A stretch of DNA of 63,936 bases, filler included, from an uncultured Methanosarcinales archaeon (GTDB lineage Archaea > Nanobdellota > Nanobdellia > Woesearchaeales > CAYXTQ01), in NCBI GenBank assembly GCA_964608065.1. It is 3 parts of 3 records of this genome, joined end to end, with 100 filler letters (N's around TTAATTAATTAA, not from the genome) between each part and the next. Parts side by side here need not be neighbours in the genome. Positions count along the whole stretch, not along the records: positions 28,732 to 56,371 come from CAZSMA010000007.1; positions 56,472 to 63,936 come from CAZSMA010000074.1; 1 more part is not named here. One strand, written 5' to 3'. Both the position numbers and the translations under genes were made by a program. Shown one piece after another: positions 56,037-63,936 of the stretch (position 1 is its first letter; each line of letters begins with the position of its first letter). The notes below the pieces were generated by a model that saw nothing but the letters and a program-made list of their open reading frames with translations, was not told the DNA's origin and did no database searches.

Positions 56037-56135
56037 CTTTATACAATAAAGTAAATGAAAGCCCTATTTTAATTTTACTATTTATAGTAATCTTTTTAAA
56101 TAAAGCAGATTCTCTAGCTTAAGACCAGATATTGT

Positions 56136-56251
56136 GCAAGGGTAGCGAAGTCTGGCCAAACGCGCAGGACTTAAGAAATTGATACCTTTGGTTGTACCTT
56201 AGGATATCCTGTCACTTAGTGTGTCCGAGGGTTCGAATCCCTTCCCTTGCA
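56136..56251 (+). tRNA. tRNA-Leu(UAA) with 30-nt intron at 37/38 (56176-56205)
   Basis: GCAAGGG/CCCTTGC acceptor, CAGGA-CT-TAA-G..A-TCCTG, long variable arm, T arm. Confidence 0.9.
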
Positions 56252-56310
56252 TTTTTTTTCTTTTAAATTCTAATAGCAATGTTTTTATAACCTTGACATA
56301 ACTCAAGGCC

Positions 56311-56371
56311 ATGGTAAATAAATGTCTTGAATGTGGAGTATGTTGTAATCTATTTCTAATAAATTTGACAG
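56311..56371 (+). CDS. N-terminal fragment of YkgJ-like Cys-cluster protein, cut by contig end
   Basis: MVNKCLECGVCC: CxxCGxCC motif. Confidence 0.55.
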
Positions 56372-56471
56372 NNNNNNNNNNNNNNNNNNNNNNNNNNNNN
56401 NNNNNNNNNNNNNNNTTAATTAATTAANNNNNNNNNNNNNNNNNNNNNNNNNNNNNNNNNNNNNNNNNNNN
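56372..56471. other. Artificial contig linker
   Basis: N44-TTAATTAATTAA-N44. Confidence 0.95.
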
Positions 56472-56482
56472 TAATTCCTTGT

Positions 56483-57409
56483 TTGATATTCTTCATATAT
56501 GTTTTTGCAAAGATTGAAAAAGGCAAAGTAAAGTTTAATTTGAGTAAGGGTAAAAGTTATTTCTTTGGTTTTTTCATAAGTTTTATCCTGATAAGTTTGA
56601 TATTGATGTTTGTGACAAAAGGTGCTTATTTCTCTTCAGTTTTCAAATATCATTTAGTTAAAAAGCCATTTGAACAGTCTTCATTGGTGAAGTTTGATCT
56701 AATCAAGAAGATGATAATGTTCAATCCTTTTATTTTTGCAGGTTTATTTTTATATATTCTTTTTCATAGAAATAAAATTGATGGAAAGAATATTATGTTC
56801 TATACTTCATTGATTTATCTAATATTATTATTCTTAATGTTAAAGAATGTATTTCCTTATTATTTTATGATGATATTTCCGTTTTTAGCGATAATCACAG
56901 CTATAAGTGTTTCAGACAAGAAGATGATAAGTATTATTGTTGGAATTTTATTCTTAATTTCTGCTTTTAATTCAGTGTCTTATTTTACAGCAAGAGAAAA
57001 AGTAGTTTTCAAGAACAATGAAGACAATGAGCTTAGTAATCTTATAAAAGACAATTCTGAACAGGATGATCTTATATTTGGAGATTATCTGATTACTTCG
57101 TTAGTTGCTTTGAAATCTGACAGAAAGATTGCTTTAAACTTTGTTGACACGCATTATCTAAGGTTTGCATCTGGTTTAGTAGATGTTAAAGAACTGGTCA
57201 ATGATTTAAAAAACAAAAACTTAAAATACTTTTTGATAACAAACAATAATATACTCTACAGCTATAAGGAAGTCAATAATTATCTTAATGAAAGCTGTTA
57301 TTTAAGGGGGCAGATTAATCTTAATGTTCCTACACATTTTACAAAGGAAACAATAGTTTATCCTTTAAAGGTTTATGACTGTAAACATGAAGAAGATACT
57401 AGACAATAA
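56483..57409 (+). CDS. C-terminal part of GT-C (ArnT/PMT-like) membrane glycosyltransferase, 5' truncated
   Basis: Multiple TM helices, YF..IFPFLAI, extracytoplasmic C-terminal domain. Confidence 0.6.
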   Translation: MIFFIYVFAKIEKGKVKFNLSKGKSYFFGFFISFILISLILMFVTKGAYFSSVFKYHLVKKPFEQSSLVKFDLIKKMIMFNPFIFAGLFLYILFHRNKIDGKNIMFYTSLIYLILLFLMLKNVFPYYFMMIFPFLAIITAISVSDKKMISIIVGILFLISAFNSVSYFTAREKVVFKNNEDNELSNLIKDNSEQDDLIFGDYLITSLVALKSDRKIALNFVDTHYLRFASGLVDVKELVNDLKNKNLKYFLITNNNILYSYKEVNNYLNESCYLRGQINLNVPTHFTKETIVYPLKVYDCKHEEDTRQ

Positions 57410-59150
57410 AACTGCACTTGTAATATTTGCTTTGATTGCTTTAGTCTTTGTTTTTCCTATTTTTAAGGATATACAGAATTGGGGGACTAATGACTGGGAC
57501 CAGCATTTTTTCTATTATGAAAGTGCAAGGAAGTCTATTGTAGACTATAACCAGTTTCCATTATGGAACCCATGGTATTGCGGAGGAAGTGCTTTATTTG
57601 CTCATCCTGAGTCGTCTTTTCTTTATCCATTGTTTATAGTTAATTTATTGTTCGGAACAGTTATTGGGCTTAAGATACAGATATTTCTTCATTTGATAAT
57701 AGGGATGTTTGGAATGTGGTTATTGTCAAAACACTTTAAGTTAGCCCCTTTTTCAAGTTACTTGCCTGCTATAATATGGATGTTAAGCTCATGGTTTGCT
57801 TCAAGAATGTTTGTAGGCCATGCTTTGTATCTGTCTTTTACTTTACTGCCTTATGTTTTTCTTTTTTATTTAAAATCTTTAAGAAAAATAAAATTTGTTA
57901 TTATATCTGCAATGTTTTTAGTGTTGATGATTTTAGGGGGCGGGACAACTTATCCATTTCTTTTGACAGCTTTGTTTTTAGGAGTTTATTCTTTTTTTAA
58001 AAGTTTGAAAAACAAAAGTATTATTCCTATAAGGAATCTGATGATAATTTTTGTTGTATTTGTTTTGTTTGGAGCTGTAAAACTATTACCTGGTTTTGCT
58101 TTTGTAAAAGAGGTTTCCCAGCCAATGGTTGATGAGCAGCCAAGTGGTTTTAACACTTTGTATAATTCTTTATTCAGCAGGGACCAGGGCTATAAATCAA
58201 GGATTTATTATGCAGAAACAAGTTTTAAGGAAAAATATTACAGCGGCAACGAGTTAGTTGAGTTTGATGTAAAAGGAAGGGCTGTATGGGCATGGCATGA
58301 GTATTCTGCATATATTGGGATTATACCTTTATTGCTGTTTCTTGTAGCTATATTTGTTTATTTCAAAAGATACTGGGACCTGATTATCACTTCTTTTGTG
58401 TTTATGGTGTTTTACCTGGGTTATAAGTTTTTTTTATGGAGATTATTGACTTATTTGCCGTTGGTTAAATCATTGCATGGTCCTTCAAGAGCTATAATGG
58501 TTTTTGTTTTTATTTTGGCGATATTAGCTGGACTTGGCGCTTCTTTTATAGAAAAAACAAAAAAAATTAAATTCAGTAAAAAACATTATGTGATTATAGC
58601 TTTGATACTTATAGTGCTTATTGATCTTTTTTCAATATCTGCTCCTATTTACTCTAAGATATTCAATGTAAATCCTTTGGATATGAAGGAAAGAGATGAT
58701 TTTCTGCAGGTTATGGTAGAGGATAAGTATATTTCTCAGTTTCCTAATTTGCTTCAAAATGTTGGAAGTGTAAATTGTTATGAAAGAGTGCATCCTGCAT
58801 ATGCTGCTGCTCCTATTATGTATTCAAACAGGACTTTATATCCTCTTTATAATGGAGAAGCTTATTTGTTTTCAAACAATAAGACACAGGAATTTGAATT
58901 TTCACCTAACAGGTTTACAGTGGATGTTGATACTGCTAAGGAAGATAAGTTAATATTGAACCAGAACTATTTTGATGGCTGGAAAGTGAAAGGTAAGGAA
59001 GTGGAGCAGTTTCTTGGAAAGGCTTCTGTTAGTGTTAGTTCTGGTGATAAAGAAGTAAGTTTTTATTATATACCAAACATTTTTATAATTGGTCTGATTA
59101 TTTCAGTGATTAGTTTAAGTTTTGGTTTGTGGTACTACTTAAAACAATGA
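57387..59150 (+). CDS. YfhO-like GT-C membrane protein
   Basis: FPLWNPWYCGG, AYIG, PSR, LNQNYFDGW motifs; many TM helices. Confidence 0.8.
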   Translation: MKKILDNKTALVIFALIALVFVFPIFKDIQNWGTNDWDQHFFYYESARKSIVDYNQFPLWNPWYCGGSALFAHPESSFLYPLFIVNLLFGTVIGLKIQIFLHLIIGMFGMWLLSKHFKLAPFSSYLPAIIWMLSSWFASRMFVGHALYLSFTLLPYVFLFYLKSLRKIKFVIISAMFLVLMILGGGTTYPFLLTALFLGVYSFFKSLKNKSIIPIRNLMIIFVVFVLFGAVKLLPGFAFVKEVSQPMVDEQPSGFNTLYNSLFSRDQGYKSRIYYAETSFKEKYYSGNELVEFDVKGRAVWAWHEYSAYIGIIPLLLFLVAIFVYFKRYWDLIITSFVFMVFYLGYKFFLWRLLTYLPLVKSLHGPSRAIMVFVFILAILAGLGASFIEKTKKIKFSKKHYVIIALILIVLIDLFSISAPIYSKIFNVNPLDMKERDDFLQVMVEDKYISQFPNLLQNVGSVNCYERVHPAYAAAPIMYSNRTLYPLYNGEAYLFSNNKTQEFEFSPNRFTVDVDTAKEDKLILNQNYFDGWKVKGKEVEQFLGKASVSVSSGDKEVSFYYIPNIFIIGLIISVISLSFGLWYYLKQ

Positions 59151-59202
59151 AAATAAAACGAATTTTATTTTCAAGATTAAAATTAGAGGTAAATTTTAAA
59201 CA

Positions 59203-59952
59203 ATGATAGAAGTTTGGTTATATTCATTGGTTAGTGTATTTATTGTTAGTGTTATTTCTTTAATTGGAATATTTACATTGTTGATAAATGAGAAGCAGTT
59301 GAAGAAAATGTTATTGTTTTTAGTTAGTTTTGCTGCTGGTGCTTTGTTTGGTGGGGCTTTTCTTCATCTAATACCTACTGCAATTGAAAAATCCGGTTTT
59401 GGTTTAGTTGTTCCATTGTTTGTCTTGATTGGAATCCTGGTTTTTTTTATTTTAGAGAAATTTGTATGTTGGAGACATTGCCATGTACCAACTTCAAAAG
59501 ATCATCCTCATCCTGTTGGGTTTATGAACCTTATTGGAGACGGATTCCATAATTTACTGGATGGAATGATTATTGGAGGAAGTTATTTAGTAAGTATTCC
59601 ATTAGGTGTTGCTACAACAATTGCAGTTATATTGCATGAGATACCTCAGGAGATAGGAGATTTTGGAATTTTGTTACATGCAGGTTTTAAGAAGACAAAA
59701 GCTTTGCTGTTTAATTTCTTTTCTGCGTCATTGGCATTTCTTGGTGTTATAATCTCTTTGTTGCTTGGAGCAAAGGTCAATAACTATACTTTGTTTTTGA
59801 TACCATTCACAGCAGGCGGCTTTATCTATATAGCTGGCTCTGATCTTATTCCTGAGCTGCATAAAGAGACAAAGCCTTTGAAGTCTTTTATTCAGTTATT
59901 AGCTTTAATTCTTGGAATAGCTGTTATGGTTTTGTTGGTTGTTGTTGAGTGA
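59203..59952 (+). CDS. ZIP family metal transporter
   Basis: HCH loop, DGFHNLLDG, HEIPQEIGDF, DLIPELH. Confidence 0.93.
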   Translation: MIEVWLYSLVSVFIVSVISLIGIFTLLINEKQLKKMLLFLVSFAAGALFGGAFLHLIPTAIEKSGFGLVVPLFVLIGILVFFILEKFVCWRHCHVPTSKDHPHPVGFMNLIGDGFHNLLDGMIIGGSYLVSIPLGVATTIAVILHEIPQEIGDFGILLHAGFKKTKALLFNFFSASLAFLGVIISLLLGAKVNNYTLFLIPFTAGGFIYIAGSDLIPELHKETKPLKSFIQLLALILGIAVMVLLVVVE

Positions 59953-60031
59953 ATTTAGATTATATTTATCCAATAAAGTTTAGGGGGGAAAACCTTAAAT
60001 TTATATATTTGTAACTAACTTCTTGTTTATT

Positions 60032-60268
60032 ATGGAGTTTACGAACGTAACAGGGAACGATCTTGTAAATATTCTTGATGGAGCATTTAATATAATTACA
60101 GAAAAACGTAAGTTTGATGAAGATGAAGTATCAAATACTATTGAATCACTAAGACCTTTTCAGAATCTTTCACAAGCACGGGTTTATTCTAACTCATTAA
60201 AGGGTATCTACAGAATTAGAATGGGTAAAGAATATGTTCAACCAAATCCTGTTGACAAGATTTCTTGA
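60032..60268 (+). CDS. Hypothetical protein
   Basis: Short ORF following TATA. Confidence 0.5.
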   Translation: MEFTNVTGNDLVNILDGAFNIITEKRKFDEDEVSNTIESLRPFQNLSQARVYSNSLKGIYRIRMGKEYVQPNPVDKIS

Positions 60269-60320
60269 GCCTTGCTGTTGCATTTGTCTATTTTTTTTTT
60301 ACTACTATTCTCAAAACACA

Positions 60321-60385
60321 AACCTATGAAAAACACATTGTTTTTCAAGGTTCCGAAAATGCAAAAAAGCATTTTCGATAACTTT
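60321..60385. repeat. Double-hairpin repeat, copy 3 (inverted; abuts TATA of 60415 gene)
   Basis: Reverse complement AAAGTTATCGAAAATGC-TTTTTT-GCATTTTCGGAACCTTGAAAAACA-ATG-TGTTTTTCATAGGTT. Confidence 0.8.
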
Positions 60386-60414
60386 AAATAACTTATAGTG
60401 AATTTAGTCTTTTA

Positions 60415-62169
60415 ATGAAAAAAAACAAATTAGCAGTGTTGCTGATAATAATACTTTCTGTTATAATATTTGCAAATACTATAAGGAATGAGTTTGTATG
60501 GGATGATAAAGCATTTATTGTTGAAGATTCTGATATAAAAGACTTAAGCAATGCAGGAAATTTCTTTACTAAGGATTATCAGGGACTGTACAGGCCGTTA
60601 AGGACTTTGTCTTATGCAATAAGTTATCAGTTATGGGGAGAGTTTCCGTTCTATTATCATATACAGGCTATGTTGATACATATAATCTGTTCTATCTTGG
60701 TTTATTATATATTCTTAAATATTTTAAAAAAATGGAGATTGTCTTTGTTTGGAGCTTTGTTGTTTGCAGCACATCCTATCCATACAGAGGCTATAAGCTT
60801 TATTACAGCTAGTTTTGACCAGATAGCTATTATCTTCTTGTTATCTTCATTTTTATTGTATATAAAGAAGAAGAATAAATCATCAATCTTTTTCTATTTG
60901 TTGGCAGCTTTAAGTTCTGAAATAGCTATTGTTTTACCTTTTTTAATAATTTTATATGATTTTACATTTAGATTAAAACCAACAAAGAAGAATTTTAAGA
61001 AACAGGTAAAGAAGTATCTGCCTTATATTATTATTTTTGTTGTATTCTTATTAATTAGATTCTTCTTAATAAAAGTTATAGGAAGGGTTGATTTAGATGG
61101 ATTAGGATGGGGTTATGGTCTAAGAGTATTGAGTATGCCAAAAATAATATTCAAATATGTTTTATTGATGTTATGGCCTTTAAACCTTAGTGTAAAACAT
61201 TATATTCCTATATCAGGTTCAATATTTGATTTTTCTTTATTGATTCCAATTGTTTTGTTATTGACATTAGTGTTTTTATCAATAAAATTGTATAAAAACC
61301 ATAAGATCATTTTCTTTAGTATATGGTTTTTCTTTATCAGCTTATTGCCAGTATCAAATATCATTCCAATACAGAGATTGATGACAGAAGCTTATCTTTA
61401 CTTAGCTTCTATTGGTTTTGTTTTATTGTTAGGATTTTTGATAAGCAAAATTCCAAGCTTAGATAAGAAAAATAAAAATCTTAAAATTATAAGTTTAGCT
61501 GTGTTTATTGTTATAATAATAGCATATTCATTCATTGTAATAGACAGGAACAAGGACTGGAAAGATGAGCAAACATTATGGGAACGAACTGTTGAAGTTA
61601 ATCCAAATTCTGCAACTGCTTATAATAATCTTGGCTTTATTTATCAGGAAAAAGGTGAGTACAATAAAGCTGGTGAATCATTCTTAAGATCTATTGAGCT
61701 GAATCCGAACAGAGCTTTAACTCATTATAACATTGGAGTGTTGTATGGGAAATTGAATGCAGTAAATCAAAGTATTCAAGCTTATGAAAAAGCTGTAGAG
61801 CTTGACCCAATGTTATTAGGAGCACATATCAACTTAGGTATAATGTATGACAATACAGGGAGGTTTGAAGAAGCTTATGATGAATATGTTAAGGCTTTAG
61901 ATATTGATTCAGGATTTGAAGTTTATGTCAACTTAGGAAATCATTTTGACAGGTTAAAAGAGTATGATAAAGCTATTGAAAACTATGAAAAAGCTATTGA
62001 GATTAATACATATGATGCTGTAGTGCATTATAATTTAGGAGTTGTTTATTTGAAGAGAAATGAATTTGATAAAGCAAAGGATGAGTTTTTTATAGCTCTG
62101 CAGATTAATCCAAAATTCTATCTTGCTGAAGAAAAAATATTACAATTAGAAGATAAAGGGCTTATTTAA
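60415..62169 (+). CDS. TMTC-like GT-C protein with C-terminal TPR repeats
   Basis: FVWDD, YRPLRTLS, HPIHTEA, E.YLYL, RNKDWKDE..LW, several TPRs. Confidence 0.88.
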   Translation: MKKNKLAVLLIIILSVIIFANTIRNEFVWDDKAFIVEDSDIKDLSNAGNFFTKDYQGLYRPLRTLSYAISYQLWGEFPFYYHIQAMLIHIICSILVYYIFLNILKKWRLSLFGALLFAAHPIHTEAISFITASFDQIAIIFLLSSFLLYIKKKNKSSIFFYLLAALSSEIAIVLPFLIILYDFTFRLKPTKKNFKKQVKKYLPYIIIFVVFLLIRFFLIKVIGRVDLDGLGWGYGLRVLSMPKIIFKYVLLMLWPLNLSVKHYIPISGSIFDFSLLIPIVLLLTLVFLSIKLYKNHKIIFFSIWFFFISLLPVSNIIPIQRLMTEAYLYLASIGFVLLLGFLISKIPSLDKKNKNLKIISLAVFIVIIIAYSFIVIDRNKDWKDEQTLWERTVEVNPNSATAYNNLGFIYQEKGEYNKAGESFLRSIELNPNRALTHYNIGVLYGKLNAVNQSIQAYEKAVELDPMLLGAHINLGIMYDNTGRFEEAYDEYVKALDIDSGFEVYVNLGNHFDRLKEYDKAIENYEKAIEINTYDAVVHYNLGVVYLKRNEFDKAKDEFFIALQINPKFYLAEEKILQLEDKGLI

Positions 62170-62470
62170 ACTCAACTTTTTTAGCTCTTTTTCCTTTTTT
62201 CTGCATATGTGTTTTCTTGCATTCTTTGCAAGTATATCTTAAATCTGTCTTTTTTGTGGATTTTTTTCCTCCACGCTTGAATTTAGTAACTGCTGGCTTG
62301 CTATAACGTCCTAAATTGCCATGGCCACGAGCTCTTCCTCTTCTCCTGGCTCTGACTTTGCTTCCATAGGTCAAGCTAGATGGTTTTCCTTTCTTAGCTT
62401 GTGAAACCTTATGCTCTGTATGTTTTTTGCAATAAGGACAGTGTCTTCTTGTAATTTTTGGTAATTTCAT
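62162..62470 (-). CDS. rpl44e: 50S ribosomal protein L44e (eL42)
   Basis: CPYCKKHTEH..KSTKKTDLRYTCKEC. Confidence 0.95.
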   Translation of the reverse strand: MKLPKITRRHCPYCKKHTEHKVSQAKKGKPSSLTYGSKVRARRRGRARGHGNLGRYSKPAVTKFKRGGKKSTKKTDLRYTCKECKKTHMQKKGKRAKKVEFK

Positions 62471-62512
62471 TAGAGCTTAGAATTAAGTGGTTATTTATAA
62501 AGGTTGCTAAAA

Positions 62513-63127
62513 TCAGTCTAACATAAACACCATTCTTCTAAATTTTGCTTCTATTTTAAATTTATCAAAAAGCATTTGTATATACTGATCTTTTTTTTTT
62601 TCCACAATTAAAGCATTTCCTATCTTAATTATTTTCTTTCCATCAACAAGACCTTTATAATATTTTGTAACTTTCTTTCCATTTTTTAAGTAAGTGCTCT
62701 TTTTTCCATTTAATACTTTTGAGAATAAGCTTTGTTGTGGAGATTTTGATGAATTATATTCATAAATATAATAAGGCTTAAGTCCAAAAAAAGGTTTTTC
62801 TTTCTTTTCATTGTCTATCATAATTTTTCCTTCTTCAATAAGTTTAACCAATAATGTATGGCTTTTTTCTTCTATTTCTTCTCCTTGAAATTCTGGCTGT
62901 ATTTTAACTCCATTCTTTAGACCTATTTTGTTTAAAACTTCAATTATTTTTTTTTTTGTTTTTTCAATAGTTTTTTTTTTGTATAAGAATATAAAAAGAT
63001 CTAAATCTGAATGTCTTAAAGAATAATCACCACGAGCTACACTCCCATAAAGAACTACTCTTTTAATTTCTTTAAACTTCTTAAGTTCGGTTTTTACTTC
63101 TTTAAGTGATTTTTGGAATTTATCCAT
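62513..63127 (-). CDS. Minimal nucleotidyltransferase (MNT/MntA-like) with C-terminal extension
   Basis: YGSVARG..SDLDL. Confidence 0.85.
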   Translation of the reverse strand: MDKFQKSLKEVKTELKKFKEIKRVVLYGSVARGDYSLRHSDLDLFIFLYKKKTIEKTKKKIIEVLNKIGLKNGVKIQPEFQGEEIEEKSHTLLVKLIEEGKIMIDNEKKEKPFFGLKPYYIYEYNSSKSPQQSLFSKVLNGKKSTYLKNGKKVTKYYKGLVDGKKIIKIGNALIVEKKKDQYIQMLFDKFKIEAKFRRMVFMLD

Positions 63128-63128
63128 T

Positions 63129-63509
63129 TTATATCTCTTTCATAGCTTCATTAGCAAACTCTTTAACTAATTTGTAATGTTCACCATTTTCACCTCTATA
63201 AGCAACCTTATTTCTTACATCTCTATCAACTTGGTCAAATAATTCTATTAGTTTATCATTTTTAAACTCTGACCTAAATTCTAACACTTTTCTCATTCTA
63301 TCTTCATGGCTGAATGGATGAACAGGAGTTTTGATACTTGCAAGAATAAATTCAATAACACTAATTGCACCGTAAAAATAGTTTTGTGTAGCAACTATCA
63401 TCAATGCTTTCTTTTTTACTGGATCTTCCTCAGTTTCATATTCTTTATCTTTAGCTTTAGCTATTTCAAAGTATGTCTTAGCTGTTTCTTTATGTTCTTC
63501 AGCTTTCAT
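63129..63509 (-). CDS. HEPN-like protein, partner of the MNT
   Basis: Helical protein with SHEDR and RNKVAY (Rx4Y variant), directly upstream of MNT. Confidence 0.6.
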   Translation of the reverse strand: MKAEEHKETAKTYFEIAKAKDKEYETEEDPVKKKALMIVATQNYFYGAISVIEFILASIKTPVHPFSHEDRMRKVLEFRSEFKNDKLIELFDQVDRDVRNKVAYRGENGEHYKLVKEFANEAMKEI

Positions 63510-63615
63510 AATATCACCTTTTCATAATCTTGAAAAATAAAGCATTTTTAGCCTTTATTTTCATAAAGTTAAAAAGAAGTATATAAAGAATTTTTTTTTT
63601 TTTTTTTTTTTTATT

Positions 63616-63915
63616 TCAATCAAATTTATCAGAGTTAAATATTGGATCTTGCAGCCACCTTTCAAACTGTTTCCAGCCAACTGTTCTTTTCCTAAAATTA
63701 TGTTTAAGTTTACAGATTTTTATATAGTCATTATCCAATAAATCTTTGAAATCTTTATGAGTTATCATTAAATCCTTATTTTCATTTACTAATAGTTGAA
63801 ATTTCTTATGACACTCTATTAATCTTTCCTCTTTATTAAAACATTTCCTAGTACAGAAATTTCCATAATACCAATTAATTACTCTCTGAATAGGGTATTT
63901 TATAGTGCTTGTCAT
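63616..63915 (-). CDS. Hypothetical protein
   Basis: 99-aa ORF, no recognised motif. Confidence 0.5.
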   Translation of the reverse strand: MTSTIKYPIQRVINWYYGNFCTRKCFNKEERLIECHKKFQLLVNENKDLMITHKDFKDLLDNDYIKICKLKHNFRKRTVGWKQFERWLQDPIFNSDKFD

Positions 63916-63936
63916 TTCAAACTTTCTTTAATGCTA

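Overview
AT-rich archaeal DNA, most consistent with a DPANN (Woesearchaeota-like) genome: topo VI, RIO1/Dim2, ABCE1, Alba, eS17, eL42/L44e, BRE-TATA promoters, GGTGA Shine-Dalgarno sites. The window is three contigs joined by artificial N/TTAATTAATTAA linkers (28632-28731, 56372-56471). Housekeeping content includes trpS, proS, dnaG, trmI, glnA, argF, nadABC, two prs genes, five tRNAs, the SRP RNA, several toxin-antitoxin/Fic modules and an ECF/DUF4430 (likely cobalamin) uptake operon. The most striking observations are: (1) the SRP RNA gene carries a 21-nt bulge-helix-bulge-type intron inside the SRP54-binding helix 8, and its removal restores the canonical motif exactly; (2) a secreted Rhs polymorphic toxin system split into a TcB-like shell protein, a core-plus-toxin protein and a signal-peptide-bearing mini core-toxin, with immunity-like genes; (3) a tRNA-Arg with three introns, two of them mutually homologous; (4) a dispersed double-hairpin repeat that abuts TATA boxes; (5) two unannotated short ORFs ending in WxW upstream of trpS; (6) a promoter-driven structured RNA upstream of dnaG. 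All structures were folded by eye and no database searches were run.
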